A DNA stretch of 64,000 bases from Candidatus Marinacidobacterales bacterium (GTDB lineage Bacteria; Acidobacteriota; Vicinamibacteria; Marinacidobacterales; DATDRI01), in NCBI GenBank assembly GCA_965226495.1, contig OZ245365.1, positions 1,408,001 through 1,472,000 of the forward strand, in the 5' to 3' direction. The translations under genes and the position numbers were made by a program. A model generated the notes under the pieces. The model ran no database searches. It worked only from the letters and a program-made list of their open reading frames with translations, and was not told the DNA's origin. Each line of letters opens with the position of its first letter. Positions within the stretch are counted from its first letter, which is position 1. Shown piece after piece: positions 9,876 to 19,275 of this stretch.

Positions 9876-11327
9876 ATGACAAGCAAAGTCAAGATTCAGA
9901 AAATCGACGACAACCGTTGGCGTATCCCGAGGGAAGGGAAGATGCGCGTCGAGGGTTTGGTCTTCGCGAGCGAGGCTTTCGTCTCCACCCTTCGCGGAGA
10001 TCCCGCCCTCGAGCAAGTCGCCAACGTCGCCGAGCTCCCCGGTATCGTTGGCCGGTCCATCGCGATGCCGGATATTCACTGGGGCTACGGTTTCGCTATC
10101 GGGGGCGTCGCCGCTTTCTCGCCGGAAGACGACGGCGTGGTTTCGCCAGGGGGGGTGGGTTTCGACATCAACTGAGGCGTCCGGCTGCTGCGCTCAGGTC
10201 TGAGTCGCAAGGACGTGGAAGGAAAACTACCGGAGTTGGTCGACACTCTCTTTGCCAATATCCCAACCGGCGTCGGGGCGCACCGTCGCGACCTAAAGCT
10301 CCCTCAGTCTGAGTTGCGACGAGTTCTCACGCGAGGTGCGGGTTGGGCAGTAGCCAACGGCTACGGTACCGACACCGACCTCGAGTACATCGAAGAAGGA
10401 GGCTGCCTCGAAGGTGCGGATCCAGACGAAGTCAGTCCCCGCGCCATCGAACGCGGGCGTCCGCAATTGGGGACCCTCGGTTCGGGGAATCACTTTGGCG
10501 AGGTCCAGTACGTCGCGGAAATCTACGACCAAAAGCTTGCCGATGCGCTGGGTTTATTCCCCGGACAGGTGACGGTCTCGATCCACACCGGTTCCCGCGG
10601 GCTCGGCTATCAGGTGTGTGACGACTTCTTGAAGATCATGCTGCGCGCTTCCGCCAAGTACGGCATCGAGCTTCCCGATCGCCAGCTTTGCGCTGCACCT
10701 CTGACCTCTCCAGAAGCGAAGCGTTATCTTGGTGCCATGTCGGCGGCGGCCAACTACGCTTTCGCTAACCGGCAAATGATCACGCACTTGGTGCGCGAGA
10801 GTTTCGAGAGTGTGCTGGGGATTGGCCGCGGGAAACTTGACCTCGGTTTGGTTTACGACGTTTGCCACAATATCGCCAAGTTCGAGGAGCACCAGGTCGG
10901 AGGCAGAAAGAAAAAACTATGCGTCCACCGTAAGGGAGCGACGCGAGCCTTTCCGCCTGGCCATCCCGAGATTCCCTCCGCCTACCGCGCCGTCGGTCAA
11001 CCGGTCCTCATCCCTGGGGACATGGGACGCTACTCCTATGTGTTGGTAGGCACGGAGCGCGCCTATCAGGAGACATTTGGAAGTACGTGCCACGGTGCCG
11101 GACGGCGCATGAGCCGTCGCCAGGCGCGGAAGACCGCCGGCAAACGCGCCATCGTTCGCGAGATGGCAGAGCAAGGGATTATCGTCCGAGCCTCCGGGAG
11201 AGCCACGTTGGTGGAGGAGATTCCGGAGGCTTATAAAGATGTTGCAGAAGTCGTGGATGTGGTCGAGGGAGCAGGCATCAGTCGGAAGGTTGCGCAACTC
11301 CGGCCGATGGGAGTCATTAAGGGCTAG
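9876..11327 (+). CDS. rtcB: RNA-splicing ligase RtcB, 483 aa, with an in-frame TGA (10173-10175) at the catalytic Cys; probable selenoprotein
   Basis: ORFs 9876..10175 and 10215..11327 share one frame. Motifs [20 protein letters not shown] (normally DINCGVR), GSGNHF, HTGSRG, CHN, CHGAGR and terminal IKG are all intact. Confidence 0.93.
10176..10215 (+). promoter_or_regulatory. Candidate bacterial SECIS element
   Basis: Hairpin directly after the TGA: CGTCC/GGACG lower stem, TGCG/CGCA plus CTCA/TGAG upper stem with a bulged T, GGTC apical loop 21 nt from the TGA. Confidence 0.78.
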
Positions 11328-11524
11328 CCAGGTGCGCTGGACGATTCAGGGCACGCTGTGCGCAATCACGCACTAATTTCTCAGCGTCATCACCGGATCG
11401 ACCCTCGTTGCCCGACGTGTCATTAAGGGCTAGCCAGGTGCGCTGGACGATTCAGGGCACGCTGTGCGCAATCACGCACTAATTTCTCAGCGTCATCACC
11501 GGATCGACCCTCGTTGCCCGACGT
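11313..11524. repeat. Exact 106-bp tandem duplication
   Basis: 11313-11418 is repeated at 11419-11524, covering the rtcB 3' end, the intergenic gap and the permease 3' end. Confidence 0.9.
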
Positions 11525-12486
11525 GCCGGCAAATAGGAAGCTAAGCCGGCGACCAGCAGCAACGCAAGCGGCGTCACCGCAAACGCCATGGGGTCGATGG
11601 GTTGGACTCCGTAGAGTAGGGTTGCCAAGACTCGCGCCAAGATGAAAGTCATTGGCGCTCCGAGGGCCAAACCGGCGACGGTCAGAGCCAATTCTCTGCG
11701 CATGACTCCAGAAAGCAGGGAGGAACGCGGCGCGCCAAGGGCCATTCGGATCCCGAGCTCATGTGTTCTCTGTTTCACTACGTAAGAGAGAACTCCGTAG
11801 AGACCGAGGCCGGCCAGGAGAAGACCGAAAAACGCGAAGCACGCGAGCACCGAAGCGTAGAGCCGAGGGCGTGCGACGATGGTCGAGAATGCGGTGTCCA
11901 ACGAGGCGACCTCGTGAACCACGCGGGACTCCAATTCTCTCGAGGCCTTGCCAACTTGAACGGTGAGGGTTTCCGGCTCGACGGAGCCCCTAACTACCAA
12001 GCCCATCGAGCTCCAAGGAAATTGCGCGTGAGGTACGTAGACCTGAGGCTCAACGATCGCGGCTGGTCCGAAGTGGCTGATATCATCGACCACACCGACG
12101 ATCTCGCGGGCAAGTAGCTCGTCTCCGGTGAACGTGATGTCGAAGACGATGCGGCGTCCGATCGGATCCCGGTCGGCGCAGTGCCGGCGCGCGAGCTCAC
12201 GGCTGACGATCACCGCCGGTGTCGAATCGGCCGAGTCACGATTGTCGAACCATCGTCCTTCGATGAGCCGCGCCCCCAGCGTTTCGAAGAACCCCGGGCT
12301 AATGACGTGCGTTAACGCTCTTGGGGTTTCCGACGCCGGTGGTGTCGGATCTCCCTCCACCGCATAGTCTGCTCGGTCGGCTTGTTTGGCTACGCGAATT
12401 CATAAAGTAAGTGCAACACAGCTCCCGGATGAGGTGACCTGGAATGTGCCACGATTCCTCAAACAACCAAGAATGGGGACTCGCTA

Positions 12487-13506
12487 ATGACTTATTACCA
12501 GATCACCTCGGAAGAACGCTACACCATCGCGGCGCTGCGACGGGAGGGATTTTGCTCGGCCGAGATCGCGCGGCGCCTGGGGCGCCACCGGAGCACCATC
12601 TCGAGAGAGGTCAGGAGGAACAGCTCACCTAGTGATGGATGCTACCGGCCGAGCAAGGCCATCGAGAGAACGAACGGACGACGCTCGCGGTCTCGCCGGA
12701 ACCAGTACTTCACAAAGGCCGACTTTGCCCTGGTGGAGAAGAAGCTTAAGGCCGACTGGAGCCCAGAGCAGATCTCCGGCCACCTGCGCCTTCACGGCGA
12801 GCTCTCGATCAGCCACGAGACGATCTACACCCACGTTTGGCGGGACAAGGAGGCCGGAGGACATCTATACCGCCACCTTCGATGCTCGCCCAAACTTAGA
12901 CGCAAGCGCCACAACAGCTACGACAGCCGAGGCCGCCTGGCCGGGAAGCGTCACATCTCCGAGCGGCCGTCTTGTATCGACAAGCGCCGTGCCGTTGGCC
13001 ACTGGGAGATTGACACCGTGGTAGGAAAAGACGCGCCGGACTGCGTCACCACGCTCGTGGAACGAAAGACGGGCTATGCGCTGATCGGCAAACTGTCCGA
13101 CCGCAGCATGTTCGGCACTAGCCAGCGAACGAAGATGTTGCTCCGGCGGGTGCCGGATCAGGTCAAGACCATCACCGCGGACAATGGCACGGAGTTCCAC
13201 GACTACGAATCCGTCGAGGAAGCGACCGGCGTCAAGTTCTACTTTGCAACTCCCTATCACTCATGGGAGAGAGGCAGCAACGAGAACTTCAATGGATTGC
13301 TACGACAATACCTGCCGAAGCGCACCAGCCAAGCAGCGCTCACGCAACGCCACTGCGATGGTATCGCAAAGAAGCTCAACACACGGCCCCGCAAGAGGCT
13401 CGGTTACCGCACACCGGAGGAACGTTTCCATGGGCAAGAGGCTCGGTTACCGCACACCGGAGGAACGTTTCCATGGGAACTAACGAATGGTGCGCTTCAA
13501 ACTTGA
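12487..13506 (+). CDS. IS30 family transposase (C-terminus altered by a 43-bp duplication)
   Basis: HTH RHRSTISREVRRN, WSPEQI, GHWEIDTV, TADNGTEF, WERGSNEN, RPRKRLGYRTP. Confidence 0.95.
   Translation: MTYYQITSEERYTIAALRREGFCSAEIARRLGRHRSTISREVRRNSSPSDGCYRPSKAIERTNGRRSRSRRNQYFTKADFALVEKKLKADWSPEQISGHLRLHGELSISHETIYTHVWRDKEAGGHLYRHLRCSPKLRRKRHNSYDSRGRLAGKRHISERPSCIDKRRAVGHWEIDTVVGKDAPDCVTTLVERKTGYALIGKLSDRSMFGTSQRTKMLLRRVPDQVKTITADNGTEFHDYESVEEATGVKFYFATPYHSWERGSNENFNGLLRQYLPKRTSQAALTQRHCDGIAKKLNTRPRKRLGYRTPEERFHGQEARLPHTGGTFPWELTNGALQT
13391..13477. repeat. 43-bp tandem duplication inside the IS30 transposase 3' end
   Basis: GCAAGAGGCTCGGTTACCGCACACCGGAGGAACGTTTCCATGG occurs twice in tandem. 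Confidence 0.9.
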
Positions 13507-15235
13507 AGTCACACTACGTAAGGCACCTGCAGGGTCGCGCCAACGGAGCTCACTCCCGGGAGCCGTCTCACATCTCGTAAGAGATTCTCGAAGAACGCGG
13601 CCCTCCGCGCCGGTTCGGGGTACTGGCGGAAGGGCAACGAGACGCGCAGAGAAACGACTTCCTCGGGCTCGAAGCCGGGATCTTTCTGCTGGAGGAAAAT
13701 GAAGCTGTGGATCAACAGGCCGGCGCCGATCAGTAGCGGTAGTGCGATGGTGACTTGACCCACGACGAATAGATCCTTGAATCGACTACCCGCCGAGCTG
13801 GTGTTTTTTCCCGCCTCTCTGAGGAAGCCGGCGGCAATATCTCCCCTCAACATCAGGAAGCTTGGTAAGAGGCCAAAGACGACGGTCGACCCGAGGGCCA
13901 GCACCATAGTGAAGCTCAGAACCGCATGGTCCACGCCGAGCCCCTCCGCGCGCGGGAGACCTGGCGGTAGCAAGGTGGATAGCGCCGGAAGTACCCAGAG
14001 CACGATGGTCAGGGCCAGCGCGGCTCCGGCGAGAGCGAGCAACAGGCTCTCTGCCAACACTTGGCGCACCAGATCACCCCGGCCGCCTCCCAGCGCCAAC
14101 CGAATCGCGATCTCCCGCCGATCGCTCATGATGCGAGAGAGCATGAGGTTGGCGATGTTGGCGCAGGCGATGAGGAGGACGAACCCCACCGCGGCCTGGA
14201 GCAGGTAGAGTCCCGGCCTCGTTTGGCCGACGAAAGAATCGAGTACCGGTTCTACCGACACTTTCCACCCGGCGTAGGTCTCAGGGAAGTCTTGCGCCAG
14301 CCGATGGCTTACCACTTGAAGGTGGGTCGTTGCTGCCCCAATGGATACACCGGGCTCGAGTCGGCCGAAAGCGGTGTAGATCCGAAAGTGGGGATTGCTG
14401 GGATTTTCTCCCGCTCGCAAGGCGACCCATAGCTCGGGACTCGCCTCGCTTCCCAGATCGTGGCCGTAGATCTCCGGAGGAGCAACCCCGATCATGGTGT
14501 GATCGATTCCACCGAGGTTGAGCACTTGACCCAGCGCGCCGGCATCGCCGCCCAGTCGCTCGAGCCAGAACCGGTGGCTCACCACGGTGAGCGGCAGACT
14601 ATCCGCGGCCTCGTCTTCCTTGCCAAAGAATCTCCCGGCGGCCGGTCGAACGCCGAACACGTCGAAGTAGTTGGCGGATACGACTCCGTGGTTGACTTGC
14701 TCGTTCCACTGGCTGGTGCGCCACATGACACCGAAATAGGTCGAGAACGCGAGATCGGAGAAGCCTTCGCCCTCCCGCCGCCACGCGCGGGCCTCCGAGA
14801 CGGATGTCCAATCGAGATGGCCTTCGGCCTCGTTGAGGGAGAGGATGCGCACCAGCCGATCCGGATCTATGTAGGGGAGTGGGCGCAGCAAGATGGAGTA
14901 GACGATGCTTGAAGACCAAGGTGGTGGCGGAGATACCGAGGGTCAGGACCGAGACCACTCCTAGAGCGAAGCCGGGTGCCCTGCGGAGCCTTCGCCAAGC
15001 GTAGCGAATGTCGTTCGAGAGGAATCTCACCATGTCACTGTCGATTTGCAATAACTATACCGCGCGGAACCCTCGTGAACCGCCGAGAATCGCGGTCGAC
15101 CCGTCACCAACTCTGGTCGATGCCCGCCATCGGGACGACCGGCTCCCGAAAACGGACAGCTTTGTTCGCCGGCGGTTTTGACAACAACTTCCGCACCGGG
15201 GTATAGGGAAGCTTCACTGCTTGAGCGGAAACACG

Positions 15236-16453
15236 ATGTCCCGGACTGTCACGTTCGATTTGAAACAGCTGGATCGGCTCGCCGATCCTCATCCCTTGTA
15301 TCAGAGGATGCGCGAGGAGGATCCCGTTCACTGGTCGGAGGAGTTTCAAGCATGGTTCGCCACCGGCTACCCAGAAGTGTCGGCGGCGCTGCTCAATCCT
15401 CACCTGAGCAACGCCCGGACCTCCCGCGTTCCCGACCGTCTCAAGGCGATTGACCCCGACCTTTTCAAAGACTATCGACGTGTGTTGAGCAAGGCCTTGT
15501 TCATGACCGATCCGCCCGAGCACACGCGCTTGCGTCGGCAGTCTTGGGAAGCTTTCACTCCCGCTGCCGTCGAGCGGTGGCGCCCCGCGATCCAGAGGGT
15601 AGTCGATGAGTGTTTGGATCGAGCGGAAGCTTTGGGACGCGTCGACCTTGTCAAGGATTTCGCGGAGGTGATTCCGGCAACTGTCTTGGGAGAGATGTTC
15701 GACGTGCCCACGTCGGATCAGCAACTCTTCTGCGAGAGTGGAGTCGCGGTGGCAACCCTTTTTAGGTCCCCGACTCAAGACATCGAAGCCAAGGCAAAGG
15801 CGGCCAATGATGGGACGCTTGCACTGGAGCGCTATTTTCTCGAGCTGATACCGAAACGGCGCCGGCAACGCGGCAGAGATCTCGTTTCGTTCTTGATCGG
15901 AAGGGTAGAGGCCGGTGAGATGAGTGAGGAGGAGTTGTCGGCCCAGTGCGTCTCTTTCCTGGCCGCCGGTATCGTTACCACCGCGGAGCAGCTCGGCAAC
16001 GGTGCATACTGCTTCCTGAGCCATCCGTCGGAAATACATGCGATGCAGCTCGACGACTCACTCATTAAAGGCGCAGCAAAAGAGGTCCTCCGTTACGCAG
16101 CCGGCGGGTTCATTTTCAAGGTTGCGACCGAGCGGACGGTGATCGCCGGAAGGACGGTCGAGCCCGAACAGATCGTCTACATTGGTTTGGCCTCCGCGAA
16201 TCGCGATGCTCGCGTGTTCGAGGATCCGCACCGCTTCGATATCCAACGCGAGAACTTGCAACGGCACCTCGCTTTTGGTTTGGGGCGTCATGCGTGTACC
16301 GGCTCGGCGCTTGCGAGCGCGGAGCTCGAAATCGCCTTCCAGACCCTTTTTCACAGGTTCCCGAAACTGCGCCTCGACACGAGCAGCGAGCTTCCCATGA
16401 AGTGGGATACTTTCTCTCCGAGGATCTACACGTCGCTGCCCGCCCTAGTGTGA
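15236..16453 (+). CDS. Cytochrome P450
   Basis: DPPEHTRLR, ExxR (EVLR), heme motif FGLGRHACTG; start may instead be the TTG at 15221. Confidence 0.93.
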   Translation: MSRTVTFDLKQLDRLADPHPLYQRMREEDPVHWSEEFQAWFATGYPEVSAALLNPHLSNARTSRVPDRLKAIDPDLFKDYRRVLSKALFMTDPPEHTRLRRQSWEAFTPAAVERWRPAIQRVVDECLDRAEALGRVDLVKDFAEVIPATVLGEMFDVPTSDQQLFCESGVAVATLFRSPTQDIEAKAKAANDGTLALERYFLELIPKRRRQRGRDLVSFLIGRVEAGEMSEEELSAQCVSFLAAGIVTTAEQLGNGAYCFLSHPSEIHAMQLDDSLIKGAAKEVLRYAAGGFIFKVATERTVIAGRTVEPEQIVYIGLASANRDARVFEDPHRFDIQRENLQRHLAFGLGRHACTGSALASAELEIAFQTLFHRFPKLRLDTSSELPMKWDTFSPRIYTSLPALV

Positions 16454-16472
16454 CGCGGGTGGAGGGAGGAAG

Positions 16473-17270
16473 ATGGCGAGAACGGTAACGCCCGACGGAG
16501 CCGAGCTCTATTACGTGACGCGCGGTGCAGGACCGCCCATCCTTTTCGTGCACGGCTGGATGAGTAATCATCGGACCTGGGATCGCCAGATCTACGCGCT
16601 TCAGGAGCGTTATCAGTGTGTGGCGCTCGATCTTCGTGGGATGGGGCAGTCCGAGAAAGGCGACTGGGCGTACAGTTTCGAAGAGTTCGGCTCCGACGTC
16701 CGCCACGTCATAAAGAGTCTTGGCTTGAAGGACGTAACGCTGGTGGGTCGTTCGATGGGCGTCAGTGTTTCGCTTAGCTACCTCGAGCAGTTCCAAGACG
16801 ACAGTGACGTGTCGAGAGTCGTCCTGATCACTGGTCCCATCAAGTTAACGAACTCGTCGGATTGGGACCTCGGCATAGAAGAAGAGGAATGCATGAACTA
16901 CATCGACGGCGTTGCCAATGACCCTCTCAACGGGCGTTGGCGGTTTGCCGAGGCTTGTCTCCTCAATCCGAGCGAAGCCGAGGTTCAAAGCGTCTATCAG
17001 ATCTCACTTCAGACCCCCCTCGACGTTGCGATGAAAGCAGTGCGCAATCAGCTGAAGCTCGACCATCGAAGCGTGTTGAAGACCCTGCAGATTCCATGTC
17101 TTGCCGTCTATACCGGCCACGATTTCTATCCACCCGCGCTCGGCGAGTATATTGCGAACACCGCACCCAAGGGTCGTGTCGTCACGTTCGAGGATGAGGG
17201 CCACTCCATGCCGGTGCAGAACGCCGAAAAGTTCAATGAGCTCCTCATCGACTTCATGGAGTCGTCCTGA
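16473..17270 (+). CDS. Alpha/beta hydrolase (non-heme haloperoxidase-like)
   Basis: FVHGW, DLRGMGQS, nucleophile GRSMG, C-terminal GH. Confidence 0.88.
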   Translation: MARTVTPDGAELYYVTRGAGPPILFVHGWMSNHRTWDRQIYALQERYQCVALDLRGMGQSEKGDWAYSFEEFGSDVRHVIKSLGLKDVTLVGRSMGVSVSLSYLEQFQDDSDVSRVVLITGPIKLTNSSDWDLGIEEEECMNYIDGVANDPLNGRWRFAEACLLNPSEAEVQSVYQISLQTPLDVAMKAVRNQLKLDHRSVLKTLQIPCLAVYTGHDFYPPALGEYIANTAPKGRVVTFEDEGHSMPVQNAEKFNELLIDFMESS

Positions 17271-18510
17271 GGCTGCGCGGCCGCCAACCCATGCCGACGA
17301 CGTACACCAAACCGGTAACAACGATCGACGTCAGCGGTTGGATCGTTTCCGGCGGTGCCAGCCGCCCGGCGACGAGTCCAGTGGCGAGTGCCACAATGGC
17401 CACCCAGTTCACGACCGACTCGCCCGTTCCCTCTAGCCTTCGTCGTCGAAGCACAAAGTAGTCCGCGATCAGAAGGCCGACCAAGGGTGCGAAGATCGCC
17501 CCCAGGAGGCTCAACCACTGCGTGAAGTACTGGGTCAATCGAAAACAGGCGAGGCCGGTTCCGACCGAACCGAGCACCAACGTATTCAGCCAGCGAGGCC
17601 ACCTCGGGAATATGTTGGTCAAGGCCAGCCCGCCGGAATAAAGGACCTTGTCACTCGTGGTCCAAGTCGCGAGCGCGATGACGACGAGCGCCCCGACGCC
17701 CAAGCCGAGTGATTGGACGCCCAAGACCGGGTTCGGCTCCCCGGTTGCGAGCGCCGAGATCGCGCCGAGCGCCATCATGAACGCTGCGACCGGGGCAACT
17801 CCGAGCGAGCCTATCCAGACTGCGCGGTGGTCTCGGGAGTAGCGTGCAAAGTCCGCCGCGGTGAACGCGCTTCCCATTTGGGCGGACACCACGAGATTGA
17901 CCGCACCCAGAAACGATAGCGGTCCGAGTCCCGGTCTAGACAGGAGGTCGGGCAACGAATGATCGGCTGCGATCTTGTAGAGCAGCAAGGTCGACAGCGC
18001 GAGTAGAAGGGGAACCGCCACAGCGGCCAGCTTTCGGATCCAGTTGAAGCCGATGATGGCGACGAAAGCGTTTGCTGCTCCCATGAGCACGATGGGAACG
18101 ATGATGGATGGCCCCGACCGGCCGGTTAGAGTGCGGAGCCCGCCGTCTAGGGCCATCGCGGCCAACTCGGTGTGAACCGCAAACCAGCCGGTCGACGAAA
18201 CCAGGATCGCGAGCGAGGGGAGCCAGGTTCCCCACGGATACCCCAGGGAAGCTCTCGTCAGGACCGGTGTGGGGAGGCCATGGTCGGTCCCCGGGTACGC
18301 GGCGGTGGCGGAAATCCCGAAGGCGATGACGTTGCCCAGGAGTCCGGCGAGAACGGCCTGGGTGAGCGACAAGCCAGGAACGAACGCACCACCTACCAGC
18401 ATCATCGGCAGGCAAATATTAACCCCGGAATAAAGCGCGAAGAACGCGAACCAACCCTGCCGGCGAGATTCTCGAGGAACGGGATCGTTTCCGTGAGTTT
18501 CGACCTCCAT
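17254..18510 (-). CDS. NCS1 family (cytosine/purine) permease
   Basis: About 12 hydrophobic segments, ADFARY, WTT..LYS, IADYF; start reassigned to ATG at 18510. Confidence 0.82.
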   Translation of the reverse strand: MEVETHGNDPVPRESRRQGWFAFFALYSGVNICLPMMLVGGAFVPGLSLTQAVLAGLLGNVIAFGISATAAYPGTDHGLPTPVLTRASLGYPWGTWLPSLAILVSSTGWFAVHTELAAMALDGGLRTLTGRSGPSIIVPIVLMGAANAFVAIIGFNWIRKLAAVAVPLLLALSTLLLYKIAADHSLPDLLSRPGLGPLSFLGAVNLVVSAQMGSAFTAADFARYSRDHRAVWIGSLGVAPVAAFMMALGAISALATGEPNPVLGVQSLGLGVGALVVIALATWTTSDKVLYSGGLALTNIFPRWPRWLNTLVLGSVGTGLACFRLTQYFTQWLSLLGAIFAPLVGLLIADYFVLRRRRLEGTGESVVNWVAIVALATGLVAGRLAPPETIQPLTSIVVTGLVYVVGMGWRPRSLRTTP

Positions 18511-18521
18511 CGAGGAGGAGT

Positions 18522-19229
18522 CTACTCGTAGGACAGCTTGGGATACCAGTCGGTGCCGCGACCCTCCGGCGTCAGATCGAAGAGGTTCCAGAGCGGCCAA
18601 AGGGCATCGACGTGGCGCGTTTCGCCTCCGGTCGGACCATAAAGGAGCTCGGAGCCCCAGAAATGATAGATGTCGTCGTCTTTTTTCACGAAGACATTGA
18701 GCATGGGCATCTGGTTTCCCTCGGCGTCCTCGGCCCAGTAGTCGGCGTTATAGCTATTCTTGTTGGACGAGAGGAGCGGAATCCTATTCCAGTGCCGGCC
18801 TTGCGCAAAGTCCATGATCCTCTCGATAGGGGACTTGGCCACGACGACCATGTTGATTCGATCGCGGACGTGAGGCGCCTCCGCGTCGAAGCCGTCGATG
18901 ATCGATGTGCACATCGGGCACGGCGCTTCCATCGTAGGGCCGTACATGTAGCTGTAGACGGCGAGCGTGTTCTTACCTGGCGAGAAAAGGTCGGATAGTC
19001 TGACGGATCCTGTGGAGCCGGTCTTTCCGACTCTCTCGAAGACGTAGTCCTCCTTGACCTTGCCGCTTAAGGGCAGCTTGCGCCTTTGCTCCGCGACCTT
19101 CTCAATATGGGTACGAAGGTCAGCCTCGGCCTTTAAAAGTTCATCGCGCGCGCCACGGTAATCGTCGGACTCGTTGGGAAACCGCCTGTCGTTCTTGTCA
19201 GGCTTGTCAGGCTTGTCAGGCAGGCTCAT
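18522..19229 (-). CDS. DUF899 family thioredoxin-like protein
   Basis: RRKLP, CPMC, DLTPEGR motifs; N-terminal PDK x3 repeat. Confidence 0.85.
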   Translation of the reverse strand: MSLPDKPDKPDKNDRRFPNESDDYRGARDELLKAEADLRTHIEKVAEQRRKLPLSGKVKEDYVFERVGKTGSTGSVRLSDLFSPGKNTLAVYSYMYGPTMEAPCPMCTSIIDGFDAEAPHVRDRINMVVVAKSPIERIMDFAQGRHWNRIPLLSSNKNSYNADYWAEDAEGNQMPMLNVFVKKDDDIYHFWGSELLYGPTGGETRHVDALWPLWNLFDLTPEGRGTDWYPKLSYE

Positions 19230-19275
19230 GTCTTCCTCCGTCTCGATGAGAGGGTACCTACTTCAGCCTCGGTTC

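Larger units (their letters stand above)
12393..13513 (+). mobile_element. IS30 family insertion sequence
   Basis: Imperfect ~25-bp terminal inverted repeats (GCGAATTCA..AAGTGCAACA / GTGACTTCA..AAGCGCACCA), flanked by a CTA direct repeat; excision restores the permease frame (PYVAKQ). Confidence 0.9.
11479..15033 (-). pseudogene. Duplicated ABC/FtsX-type permease (acidobacterial orphan permease-like), interrupted by IS30 and a +1 frameshift near 14909
   Basis: N-terminus DIRYAWRRLRRAPGF, LLIACANIANL, REIAIRLALG, ELGIRMALGA, PARRATRVDP. Removing the IS, the target duplication and one extra base gives an ORF of about 810 codons. Confidence 0.88.

Noticed and set aside
10173-10175. Genome-wide UGA reassignment (Trp or Gly, codes 4/25) as the explanation for the rtcB TGA
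   Set aside because: Many intact genes here end at TGA at their expected C-terminus (ggt, archease, hsp20, P450, nuoB, nuoJ), and Trp or Gly could not replace the metal-binding Cys.
9876-11327. Intein or intron splitting rtcB (some archaeal RtcB have an intein at this Cys)
   Set aside because: There is no inserted sequence; the frame is collinear and of normal length across the TGA.
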